From Anthoceros angustus (lineage: Eukaryota; Plantae; Anthocerotophyta), in assembly GCA_010909165.1 (NCBI GenBank), contig VJWM01000259.1, positions 125,851 to 189,850 on the forward strand: DNA of 64,000 nucleotides. Reading direction: 5' to 3'. The position numbers and the translations under genes are program-made. Of the stretch, positions 27,311-40,326 are shown one piece after another (within the stretch, counting starts at the first letter, position 1; every line of letters begins with the position of its first letter). The notes beneath the pieces are model-generated. The model made no database searches. It worked only from the letters and a program-made list of their open reading frames with translations, and was not told the origin of the DNA.

Positions 27311-30300
27311 TCTATCTATCTTGTTCTTCTTGGTTTGGTCACCAAGAATCCTTTCAACCTTCGGGTTTAGAAAGTCTGCAGTTCAAATCTCTTGTGGATT
27401 AATCATGCTGGTGGTGTTCACCAAATGTGTTGGACTCACTAAGGTGGAATTGGCTTGGTGTTCGTGGCAATCGAGTTTCTCCGCCTCATTCACCGGGCTA
27501 CACATCTGGTTTGATCCCCCCTTCGTCGCCATGTGATTGCTTCCATTGTCCCCCCTCCATTCATGCTGAAATTCAATTGCGATAAGCAGCTGATGCTTTG
27601 TGGTGATGGATGGCACCCTCCCATCTCTGGAGGTCCTCTCATTCAACGATTGGTGCAAGCTTGCCAATTCACTAACGGAAGTGATGAAGGGATGAAGCTT
27701 CTTCAAACCATTGAGCGTAACTTGGAGCAATGTGTCGTCAATGACGGTATGCACAAGCAGCAGTTGGACGAGGAAAGAGTTCGGATTGCCAAGGCTCAAG
27801 GTTGCAATGTCGGCATGAGCTGGCCCATGCTTCATAGAGGGGCGATTCCCATGCTTCCCCACGCCAACATGACGGAGGAGGACCGCACCTTCATGCGTGA
27901 ATATGTCGCCCAAGCACAAGAAAGCAAAGTCGATGGGGACAAGCAAATGGGTTTCCTCTCATGAGCAATGTCCCATTCCTCTTGTTGCACCTAGGGACAT
28001 TGAGGTGATTGTGCTGCCATCTCCCACAAGATGTGGTGGCTCTAACCTCTCTTACTTGGCACCTTCATCTGAAACTTTTCAAGTCCTTTGTAGGCTAAGT
28101 GATGAAGAAATGGTGTTGGCCGAGGCCGGGGATGGAAATGTGGCTTGGGCTGGGTTTTTGCAACTAACAGCCCGCGGCTTGCTTTGATGCTACCAAATGC
28201 CGAATGATGAGATGATGTTGTGTAGGGTAAAAGGCTCATGTGGTGGCCAGGGGAAGGACCATGACAAAACATGGTGGAATTGGCTCAGCCTTACATCAAA
28301 TGCATCGCCAAGATTTGTTGAAGTGATGGTAGGGCTGCTCGCAATGGCGATATCATCCGGTTTGACCAAGCCCTCGTTCATACGACATTTGGATGAGTTC
28401 TTTCATGTAGCCTCCGTGTTCAATGGCTTGCCTTCACAAAGATTCTGAATGCTGGCCAAAACTGATTGTGTGAAAGCCCACATTTCCTTCATGTATGTCG
28501 TGAAATGATCTTTGGATGGTGCTTCTGCATTTGCCACTAACCCCACCCAAAGGCTCCTTGTTGCATTCCACGGATCAGCAAAACTCATGATAGAAAATGA
28601 TCAAGCCTCCTTCCTTCACGGAAGAATGCGATCGTTTGATGAAACAGAGTTGAGGTCCAATCAAAAATCCTATGCGCAAAGCAAAGTCGATGGGGACAAG
28701 CGAAAAGTCCTCACGAGGCACCCGTGGCAATAGGCAAGGTGGCCCTATGATGCACAATAGGTTTTCTAACAAATATGCTAGCCACAGTAGCGGCCCCTAC
28801 TATCGAAAGAAGACTCTCCTATGGCTCGACATTGTTTGCTAGCAACCTTAGCTCTCCAGCCTCATCCGACACCCGGCTCCTTCCAACACATGGTGGCACT
28901 CCGACGTGCCTCTTCTACCTCTAAGCCTCCTAGTGGACTACGGGAACCAAACTCGGTGATTTTTGTGTGATGACCCTCTTTTCTTCGTTGTCCGCTAATT
29001 TTTCCTTGGTTGCCTTTTCCGGTGTCATCCACGATGATCTGGTCGCTGATCGCATGTTGCTTTTGACATGGTGAATGGCAATTAGTGAAGCATGCACCGA
29101 TCCAATGCTGGTTTCGTTCACACGTCGTAATAGGTATTGGAACATTTGCAAGTGAAAAGTTGACCAAGCTACTAACATGCTTGGTGATGCTTCCTTGATG
29201 CGACTAGTCTTGGAAACTACCTTTGGATGGAGACATGTTGCCTCCTTGAGGCAAGAGGTGTACAAGCCTCGGAAAGTTTTGTGGATTTTCTTTTGAACAC
29301 GGAGATAGTGTGCCCATCACAAAAGCGCTTGGCTTTTGTGGATCCTTTGACCATGGATCCCAATGATGGGGTGGCTCATGTTCATATGGCTTGTTGTCGT
29401 GAGGACCGTAACCTCCAAGCACAACTCGGTATGGGATGAACGATCCCCTTGCCTCCTCAACGCCCCGATCGTGGAGTGTTCGGATTCTTTGCACAACTTG
29501 TGGAAATTTTCTTAGCACATGGGTGCAATCTGTTAGATGAGCATGTCTTTTTGGCTCAAAATTGGCTGCGTTCACAGTGCTTCCAATCTTTGAGACAAGC
29601 CAAAAAACAAAGGCTTTGGTCCCATGGTAGGATTCATGTGCTGAAAAACTCATGCGCAAGGGATGAGCTCTCATGGCTCCTTAACCACCTCTATTGTTCT
29701 GGCCTTGATAAAGCCAACACCACAGTCTGTTTTCAAAGCATCTTCTATGTCAGGAAATGTGCCTTGAAAAGACTTTGTGATCCGGACTTCTCACCCCGGC
29801 TAAAAAATGGCACTTGGTTGCCTATCTCACGTATCCTGAGCAACATTCAATTCCAGCTGGAAAGCATGCTCCCTGAGATTCCGGTGGACCAAGACTTTGG
29901 TCTCCCTTTCCTCATGGGAATCTTTAAACAGCATAAATTGAAGCATAGGTGGTTAACCAATGGACATGATTGTGTGTTCTCTATTTTGGCAGACCTACTC
30001 ACATTTGCCACAAATCTCATTATTCCAATTTTAAGGGATTGGACCCTTGGGCTTCAAGAGGGCTATAAAAACCTACTTGGTGTGGATACCTCAATGTTTT
30101 GGATCACGGAATCCATGGTACAAGTGGCAATCAATCTCCCTGCTAAAATACATTCTATTTTAGTGGCGGATATTACGCGATGCTATGAGGCTATTCCCAC
30201 ACAAGGAGAAGACTCCCTTGCTGAAGCCATGACATTTTGTCTTAAAAAGACATACGCTCATGTCAACAGACACATGAGCAAACCTAAAACCTTATGGGTG

Positions 30301-31137
30301 AAATACTCATTCGCCCGCAAGGCTTTTTGTGAGTACAAGTGGGTGCATGATGCACCTAGTTGCACCATTGGACCATGAATCCCTTCCCCATATGAGAGAC
30401 TCCTAAGTCTCCACTTATGGCTTATGCATAATTGCAATGTCAACTTGGAAACCATGCTTGGCTGCAAACCTCTAGCATTCCAATGGGCTTCTCATGTTCT
30501 CCACTTTGGTGCAACTTGTACTTCTTCTCCTATGAATGCCGCTTCATTCAACGCCTAGTACGACTAGGAAGAACTGATCTAATGGCACTGTTCAAAGAAG
30601 CTAGAAGATACATTGATGATATCTGCTGGCTCAACTGCCACCTCGCTCACGAATTCTTGGACCCTAATGCTAAGCGTGATCCTGACAATCCCTTTTGGAT
30701 CTACCACTCCACATTGTCGAAATCTAACAAGAGCTGGATGAGACATACTTGACTGCAGAGGGCATCACACTTGGAAAGTGGGTGCACTTTCTTAGCATGC
30801 AAATTTACATTGAGGATCCCATCCTTAGAACTTATAAAACCTATAAGTTCGACAAACGAAGGGCTCTCCCATTCAAATATGCACAATACATCCACTTGAA
30901 CTCTAATAGACCAATTAAGCCAAGCATACAATGTAATTGTGTCTCAAGTGTTCCCCATACTCTATGTATCTAGTGAGGCCTCACTAGCTTACATAGAACT
31001 CGTGGAACTTATTAAAGCCTTCATCAACAATGGCTTTAGGAACACAAGCTTAAAACCATTGTTAAAAATGCTTAATGCTTGGAACCTTCCCCGGTCTTAA
31101 GTTCCCACTTGAGGATCTTGTTAGCATGTTCACCTAA
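27291..31137 (+). pseudogene. Penelope-like ORF copy 2 (~1280 codons, frameshifted); contains the longest open RT stretch (29449-30378)
   Basis: GLDKANTTVCF, ILVADITRCYEAIP, IPMGFSCSPLWCNLY, RRYIDDICWLNCHL, stop at 31135-31137. Confidence 0.88.
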
Positions 31138-31361
31138 TACCCCCACATATAACTTCTCTCTATGGGATGTTTAGATAGATTTATGTATATGATGCTTCAT
31201 GCATCATATTTCTTTCTTTTTATCATTTTATTACAATTATATTTCCTTTTTGGTAGTGTGATATACAAATATCCTTGGGTCAAGGGCATTTGTATACCTC
31301 ATTTGCCTCTGATCCAAAAAGGAATATGTTTGTGAATTCAGCCACGGAAGAGTGGAGGGTG

Positions 31362-31394
<33 letters not shown>

Positions 31395-31395
<1 letters not shown>

Positions 31396-34300
31396 CATCT
31401 ATCCAAGAGAGAGTTATGTTCCCTATGAGATCCATGAATTTGCCCTTTGTGTGCCCATAGATTGGTGCTTCTAAATGATGTTTATCCATCCCAAACATCC
31501 CATCGATGAACTAAGTAAATCTACTCAATGTTTACGTAATACTAATTTGTGAAGGAATTTTTATTGATTTTATTTATTATTTACCCTTTATTATTTTCTT
31601 ACTAATATGGTTGTTTTCCTTGATTTTTGAGATAAATTTTAATTCAAGAAAGTCTAATATGTATGCAGGTTTTATTTGTCTTTTTGGATAATAAATTTGG
31701 AAGCGTGATGTTTACAAGTATCTTTCATATGTTTTGTTTTTTAGCCTTAGAGAGGTGCCTAATCCTAAAAAATGCACCATTAGACTCTTGATAACTATGG
31801 AGTGAATAGAATATGAATATGCTTGCCTTTTTCCAACTGGTTATCACCTTTTATTGGTAGGAGGATATAGTGCCTTACCCACTTGGACATGTTAACACCT
31901 CATATGGGCCATGTGTGCATTTATGACCTCGGACCTTGTTTCACTTTTAATATATACTACTAGGCTATAAATGAGGGATCGACCTATGTGCATGTTTGTT
32001 AAAGATGGGTTGATTCCTTGTGGGTTATCATTGGTAGGAATGGCTGCCCAATAGGATTATATAACTTGTGAGCCGTGGTTGGATAGAATTTGCTACCCAA
32101 TGAAATCCCTTCCTCCAAACTTTGGTTGGGGTTCCTCCCTTCCTCTCCTATGCTTAGCCTCTACCTTTGATGATTGTCATTCTCTCTATTGCTCCCGCCT
32201 CTATTTGCGTGATCACCTTACTTAGTACCTTGGTCTCTTTGTCGCGTTGCCTCCCCAAGCTAGCCATGGCTACCAAGGTTGAACCTTTTCTCCTCTCTTT
32301 TACTTCACTATGCAACCTTAGAATTAGTGGATGTGCAATGGATCCCGTCTCACCAAGGATCCAGAAACGGGGCCGATGATCCCTTTTTGGTGGCTGAAGA
32401 AGGGAAGGGGGAGGGGGTGTTGACCAACACCATCTCTGTGCATCCAAGAAGCTAGACCTTGATTTGGTCATCTGGTCTAGTCTTCTAAACCTCAAGTTGT
32501 TTTTTTCGGTATGATCTAGAAGCAGCTGGATAGATGACTCAATGACTGCTAGGGTTTGTGTCTTACGGATTCAAAATACCTGGTTTGATCAACACAAGAT
32601 ACTTCGTGCTCGGCGGTGGCGTGGCTATGAATGTGTCGTTGTTCGCTGCAATTTTTGTCCGGATGCCTCGTATTGGATGCATGTCTTTGGAATCGTCATC
32701 CTTTGGGATCGACTCAAGGTCCCGCTTAGGTGAAGCATCCGACGCATCTTGCGTAGCTCTTTTACCTGTATGGGGCGATGTCGATGTTTGATACATGTAG
32801 CAAGGAATGACGGTGGCGTGGGAGGACAACGACGCAGTTGAATGACGAAAATAGGTGGTATCTTGTTGTTTGGCTTCACTGGACGATATGCTGAGCACAA
32901 GATTGCATGTGAATGGCTTCTGAAGATAGCATGCGAGATAGATATTGTGCTACCTGGATGCTCGCTTAAGCTTGCATTGGGATGTCGATCTAGTTTTGCA
33001 TATCGCGTTGCTACCGGATGCTCGCTTAAGCTTCTTGGGGATGTCGATCTAGTTTTGCATATCGCGTTGCTACCACGGTTGGATGTACTCTTTGTTGACA
33101 TCAGATTGCACCGAATATTGGGAGTCCGCCGAGGACAAGGGCCTCTTTGGACGCGCTTTTGATCGGACGGGTTGGACGATCGCTGGTTTTGCTCCCTCGC
33201 CATCGCTCATGGATTGCTTGCTAGGAATCATTATCTCGGTTGAGGGTTCCACGTGGCTGCCGTGCTTGGAGCCATACAAAGTGGCGCGTGCAAGTGGTCT
33301 GCAGCGACACGTTGGTTTTGCTTCCACGATGGCATTTCTTTGTAAGCCGGAAATTGATGTCGTGCGGTGCATAGCACGACGTCTTCTACTGGTGGGTGCT
33401 GGATATGCGGTGGGTGGATCAGACGGGGTTGTCGTCGATCTAAAAGCGTGAGCAGGATGACCATGCTACCGAATTTGCTTGGTGACCCGTCTCACGGAGA
33501 GGTGTGTCCGACGCCTCGGTGAGGATCGACTATGGGCAAGAAAAAGGGGGGTGGGCTGATTGATTGTCTCGCCTCTTTGACGCGATTTTGACCGGACGGT
33601 TGGAGGATTGCTGGTTTTCGCTCCCGCCATCGCTCATGGATTGCTTGGGAATGATGACCATATGGTTTGATGGTTCTGCGTGGCTGCCGATGCTTGGAGC
33701 CATACAAGTGGCGCCGCAAGCGGTGAGACGACCCGATGGTTTTGCTACCACGGTGGATGTTCACTGACGGGAATTGGTGTCTGTGGTGATTAGCATGATG
33801 TCTTTGCTACGGTGGATCTTTGGATGGGCGGATGGGTGGATCAGACGGGGTTGTCGATCTAAAACTTGACCGGGATGGCCATCGGTGCCAATCCTTTGTC
33901 ACAACCGCTGGGATCGGTGATGCGGGTCGACACGTGGGCTTGTGATGGTGAGGCGTGCGGCTGGAGAGAAAGCGATCGGCAATAACGCACGCCGTTTGCT
34001 TCTGCGAGAATGCATGAGGATGTAGTGATTGAGATTGGTGCAACTTGAGAAAATGATGGGTATGTCTGCGCAAGGAAGTGTGTGATGGTGAGGCGGTGAG
34101 CGACTGGAGAGAAAAGCGATCGGCAATAACGCACGCCGTTTGCTTCTGCGAGAATGCATGAGGATGTGTAGTGATTGAGATTGGTGCAACTTGATGAGAA
34201 AATAGGTGGTATCTTGTTGTTTGCTGCAAGGAAGTGTGTGATGGTGAGGCGGTGAGCGACTTGGAGAGAAAAAGATCAGCGGAGGTGCCTGTTGTCTATT

Positions 34301-36726
34301 GGTGACAATGATACCGTGGGTATGTGATGATGGAGGCTATGGCATGGGCCCCTTTTGATTCTTTGCAAGGATGTGTATGAAATTAAGGTGAGACTAGTGA
34401 GCGAAAAAACGATCCTCATCAAGTGGATGCACTGTTTGCTTCTTTGCAAGCATACGTAGGTATGTAATGGTTGAGACTCATGAGCGGCCGGAGAAAGCGA
34501 TGTAGGTGGATGCACGTTGTATACTTGCTGCAAGGATGCATGTGGGTGTTTGATGATTGAGGCGATGAACGGCCTAGAGAAAATAATGCAAGCAATGATG
34601 CACACTACTCCCTTGCTACAAGGATGCATGTGGGTTTGTGATATTGAGACCGGTGAGCGACTTGGAGAGAAAAGCAGGGCTATAGATGCACACTACTCCC
34701 TTGATACAAGGATGCTTGCGGTAAAGGTTTTTGATAACTTACCAGGGTGACATACCAACCATGGGCCACATATGGTGAACTGGTCTGTTCTGCTACTTTG
34801 ATAACCACGACGAAATTAATGGTGACATGCATGATTTTTCTCTCTCATGAACAGCTAATGTTCCTATTTGTCTGTTGATCCTGGTTGCTAGCATGCTGAA
34901 AAATGGGAGAGTGCTTATAGACATCTTGGTTCACTTCTGTCGATTCGATGTAGTGTCTAACTACTTACCAAGCTGGTGGAAATTGATGTCGTGCGGTGCA
35001 TAGCACGTCGCCTGATGGGTCTTTGGATGGGCGGGATGGGTGGATCAGACGGGGTTGTACGTCGATCTAAAAGCGTGAACGGATGACCATGCGGCTACGA
35101 TTTGCTTGGTGACCCGTCTCACGGAGAGGTGTGTCGACGCCTCGGTGAGGATCGACTATGGGCAAGAAAAAAGCGTATGGGCGGGGCTGATTGTCTGGCC
35201 TCTTTTGGACGCGATTTTTGACCGGACGGGTTGGATGATTGCTGGTTTTGCTACTCCCCGCTGCCATCGCTCATGGATTGCTTGCTGGGAATGATGACCA
35301 TATGGTTTGACGGTTCTGCTGTGGCTGCCTGTGCTTGGAGCCATACAAGTGGCGCCTGCAAACGGTGCTGCAGACGACCCGATGGTTTTGCTACCACGGT
35401 GGATGTTCACTGTTGACTGCTGGGAATTGGTGTCCTGTGGTGATTAGCACGACGTGCTGCTACGGCTGGTGGATGCTGGATGGGCAGGAGGGGTGGATCC
35501 AGACGGGGTTGTCGATCTAAAACTTGATCGGGATGGCCATCGGTGCCAATCCTTTGTCACAACCGGGATCGGTGATGTGGCGGTCGACCCCGCTTGTGAT
35601 GGTGAGGCGTGCGGCTGGAGAGAAAATGATCTTGGCAATAACGCACGCCGTTTGCTTCTGCGAGAATGCATGAGGATGTGTAGTGATTGAGATTGGTGCA
35701 ACTTGAGAAAATGATACATGTAGTCTGCTGCAAGGAAGTGTGTGATGGTGAGGCGGTGAGCGACTTGGAGAGAAAAAGATGCAGTGAGGTGCCGCCTATT
35801 GGTGACAATGATACCGTGGGTGTGTGATGATGGAGATGCGACGGTGGGCCACGCCGTTTGCTTCTTTGGATGTGTATGAAATTAAGACGGCTGAGACTAG
35901 TGAGCGACTTGAAAAAAACGATGCTCATCAAGTGGATGCACGCTGTTTGCTTGCTGCAAGCATGCAGGTAGGTATGTAATGGTTGAGACTAATGAGCGGC
36001 CCGGAGAAAAAACGATGTAGGCTGTGGATGCACGTTGTATACCTGCTGCAAGGATGCATGTGGGTGTTTGATGATTGAGACTGATGAACGGCCTAGAGAA
36101 AACAATGCAAGCAATGATGCACACTGTCTGCTTGCTGCAAGGATGCATGTGGGTTTGTGATATTGAGGCGGTGAGCGACTTGGAGAGAAAAGCAGACAGC
36201 TATAGATGCACTACTCCCTTGCTACAAGGATGCTTGCGGTAAAGGTTTTTGATAACTTACGGTGACATACCAACCATGGACCACATATGGTGAACTGTCA
36301 TTACGCTACTTTGACAACCACGAAATTAATGGTGACATGCATGATTTTTCTCTCTCATGAACAATGATGTTCCTATTTGCCTGTTGATCCTGGTTGCTAG
36401 CATGCTGAAAAATGGAAGAGTGCTTATAGACATCTTGGTTCACTTCTGTCGATTCGATGTAGTCTAACTACTTACCCGGGAAATTGCGGACACATTGCAT
36501 GCCTTTACACAATCATCCGTGTGCACGATACAAATGTGATATACTCATACCAATGGAGGTCGATCTTTGGATCTCTCACACATGGGGTTGCTTACAATTA
36601 GGAGACCTATGGTGCGAACTTGGAAAATCCTTCCACAGGATTCGGATTTTAAAATATATCTCTAAACAGCTTTGCTTGAAATGACTGGCTAGGTCAGGCA
36701 ACATTTATGCGATGTAGTCTAGGAAA
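31395..36726 (+). repeat. Pseudo-LTR block R3 (5.3 kb, with an internal duplication)
   Basis: Same termini; preceded by a (TCTA)n run at 31362-31394. Confidence 0.85.
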
Positions 36727-36735
36727 TCTATCTAT

Positions 36736-39700
36736 CCATCTATCCAAGAGAGAGTTATGTTCCCTATGAGATCCATGAATTTGCCCTTTGTGTGCCCATA
36801 GATTGGTGCTTCTAAATGATGTTTATCCATCCCAAACATCCCATCGATGAACTAAGTAAATCTATTCCTTCAATGTTTACGTAATACTAATTTGTGAAGG
36901 AATTTTTATTGATTTTATTTATTATTTACCCTTTATTATTTTCTTACTAATATGGTTGTTTTCCTTGATTTTTGAGATAAATTTTAATTCAAGATAGTCT
37001 AATATGTATGCAGGTTTTATTTGTCTTTTTGGATAATAAACTTGGAAGCGTGATGTTTACAAGTATCTTTCATATGTTTTGTTTTTGACCTTAGAGAGGT
37101 GTCTAACCCATAAAAATGCACCATTAGACTCTTGATAACTATGGAGTGAATAGAATATGAATATGCTTGCCTTTTTCCAATGGCTATCACCTTTTAATGG
37201 TAGAAGGACATAGTGCCTTACCCACTTGGGCATATTATAATTAACACCTCATATGGGCCATGTGTACATTTATGACCTCGGACCTTGTTTCACTTTTAAT
37301 ATATACTACTAGGCTATAAATGAGGGATCGACCTATGTGCATGTTTGTTAAAGATGGGTTGATTCCTTGTGGGTTATCATTGGTAGGAATGGCTGCCCAA
37401 TAGGATTATATAACTTGTGAGCCGTGGTTGGATAGAATTTGCTACCCAATGAAATCCCTTCCTCCAAACTTTGGTTGGGGTTCCTCCCTTCCTCTCCTAT
37501 GCTTAGCCTCTACCTTTGATGATTGTCATTCTCTCTATTGCTCCCGCCTCTATTTGCGTGATCACCTTACTTAGTACCTTGGTCTCTTTGTCGCGTTGCC
37601 TCCCCAAGCTAGCCATGGCTACCAAGGTTGAACCTTTTCTCCTCTTCTACTTCACTATGCAACCTTAGAATTAGTGGATGTGCAATGGATCCCGTCTCAC
37701 CAAGGATCCGAGCGGGCCGATGATCCCTTTTGGTGGCTGAAGAAGGGAAGGGGAGGGTGTTGACCAACACCATCTTTGTGCATCAAGAAGCTAGACCTTG
37801 ATTTGGTCATCCGGTCTAGTCTTCTAAACCTCAAGTTGTTTTTCGGTATGATCTAGAAGCGGTGGATAGATGACTCAATGATGCTAGGGTTTGTGTCTTA
37901 CGGATTCAAAATACGGTTTGATCAACACAAGATACTTCGTGCTCCGTGGCGTGGCTATGAATGTGTCGTTGTTCGTCTGCAATTTTGTCCGGATGCCTCG
38001 TATTGGATGCATGTCGGAATCGTCATCCTTTGGGATCGACTCAAGGTCCCGCTTAGGTGAAGCATCGGCATCTTGCGTAGGTTTGATTTGCGTGAGGCCC
38101 GATATTGATGTTTGATACATGTAGCAAGGAATGACGGTGGTAGTGGGAGGACAACGACGCAGTTGAATGACGTAAAATAGGTGGTATCTTGTTGTTTGGC
38201 TTCACTGGACGATCTGCTGAGCACAAGATTGCATGTGAATGGCTTCAGAAGATAGCATGCAGATAGATATTGTGCTACCTGGATGCTCGCTTAAGCTTGC
38301 GACTGGGATGTCAATCTAGTTTTGCATATCGCGTTGCTACCACGGTTGGATGTACTTGCTGTTGACTGTACTGTAAGATTGCACTGGAATATTGGGAGTC
38401 CGCTGAGGACAAGGGCCTCTTTTGGACGCGCTTTTGATCGGACGGGTTGGAGGATTGCTGGTTTTGCTCCCGCCGCCATCGCTCATGGATTGCTTGCTAG
38501 GAATCATTATCTCGGTTGAGGGTTCCACGTGGCTCGTGCTTGGAGCCATACAAAGTGGCGCGTGCAAGTGGTGCCGCACTGTTGGTTTTGCTTCCACGAT
38601 GGGCTTTCTTAAGCTGGAAATTGATGTCTGCGTGCATAGCACGACGTCTTTACTCTGTGGTGGGTGCTGGATATGCACTGGGTGGATCGGACGGGTTGTC
38701 GTCGATCTAAACGTGAACGGATGACCATGCGCTACCGAGAATTTGCTTGGTGACCCGTCTCACGGAGAGGTGTGTCGACGCCTCGAGGATCGACTATGGG
38801 CAAGAAAACGATGTAGTGATTGAGTCTGCGCCTCTTTGGACGCGATTTTTGACCGGACGGGTTGGAGGATTGCTGGTTTTGCTCCCGCCATCGCTCATGG
38901 ATTGCTTGCGGGAATGATGACCATATGGTTTGATTTTCTGTGGCACCGCTGAGCCATACAAGTGGCGCGCAAGCGGTGAGACGACCGATGGTTTTGCTAC
39001 CACGGTGGATGTTCCGTTGACAGGAATTGGTGTCTGTGGTGATTAGCATGATGTCGCTACGGTGTGGATCTTTGGATGGGGATGGGTGGATCCAGACGGG
39101 GTTGTCGATCTAAAACTTGACCGGATGGCCATCGCCAATCCTTTGTCACAACCGGGATCGGTGATGTGGCGGGTCTTGACCCCGCACGTGGGCTTGTGAT
39201 GGTGAGGCGGTGAGCGACTTGGAGAAAACGATCCTCATCAAGTGGATGCACGTTGTATACTTCGCAAGGATGCATGTGGGTGTTTGATGATTGAGATTGG
39301 TGCAACTTGATGAGAAAATGATACGGTAGGTATGCTGCAAGGAAGTGTGTGATGGTGAGGCGGTGAGCGACTTGGAGAGAAAAGATGCAGGCGATGGGTA
39401 CCGCCTATTGGTGACAATGATACCGTGGGTGTGTGATGATGGAGATTGCGATCGACGGGCCGCCTTGTTTGTTTCTGCAAGGATGTGTATGAAATTAAGG
39501 CCTGAGACTAGTGAGCGGCCGAAAAACGATGCTCATCAAGTGGATGCACGCGTTTGCTTCTTTGCAAGGATGCATGTGGGTGTGTGATGGTGAGGCGGTG
39601 AGACTAGTGAGCGGCCCGGAGAAAACGATGTAGTGGATGCACGTTGTATACTTCGCAAGGATGCATGTGGGTGTTTGATGATTGAGGCGATGAACGGCCT

Positions 39701-40326
39701 AGAAAACAATGCAAGCAATGATGCACATGCCTTCGCAAGGATGCATGTGGGTTTGTGATATTGAGGCGGTGAGCGACTTGGAGAGAAAAGCGAGGCAGCT
39801 ATAGATGCACACTACTCCCTTGCTACAAGGATGCTTGCGGTAAAGGTTTTGATAACTTACGGTGACATACCAACCATGGACCACAAATGGTGGTAGTGCA
39901 TTACGCTACTTTGACAACCACACGAAATTAATGGTGACATGCATGATTTTCTCTCTCATGAACTGATGTTCCTATTTGCTTGATCCCAGTTGCTAGCATG
40001 CTGAAAAATGGAAGAGTGCTTATAGACATCTTGGTTCACTTCTGTCGATTCGATGTAGGTGTCTAACTACTTACCAACCGGTGGCGGAAATTGCGGACAC
40101 ATTGCATGCCTTTACACAATCATCCGTGTGCACGCTACAAATGTGATATACTCATACCAAGGAGGGTGGATCGGATCTCTCACACATGGGGTTGCTTACG
40201 AATTAGGAGACCTATGGTGCGAACTTGGAAAATCCTTCCCCGATTCGGATTTTAAAATATATCTCTAAACAGCTTTGCTTGAAATGACAGCTAGGTCGGT
40301 GCATTTATGCGATGTAGTCTAGGAAA
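36736..40326 (+). repeat. Pseudo-LTR block R4 (3.6 kb)
   Basis: Same termini; near-minimal module content. Confidence 0.85.
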
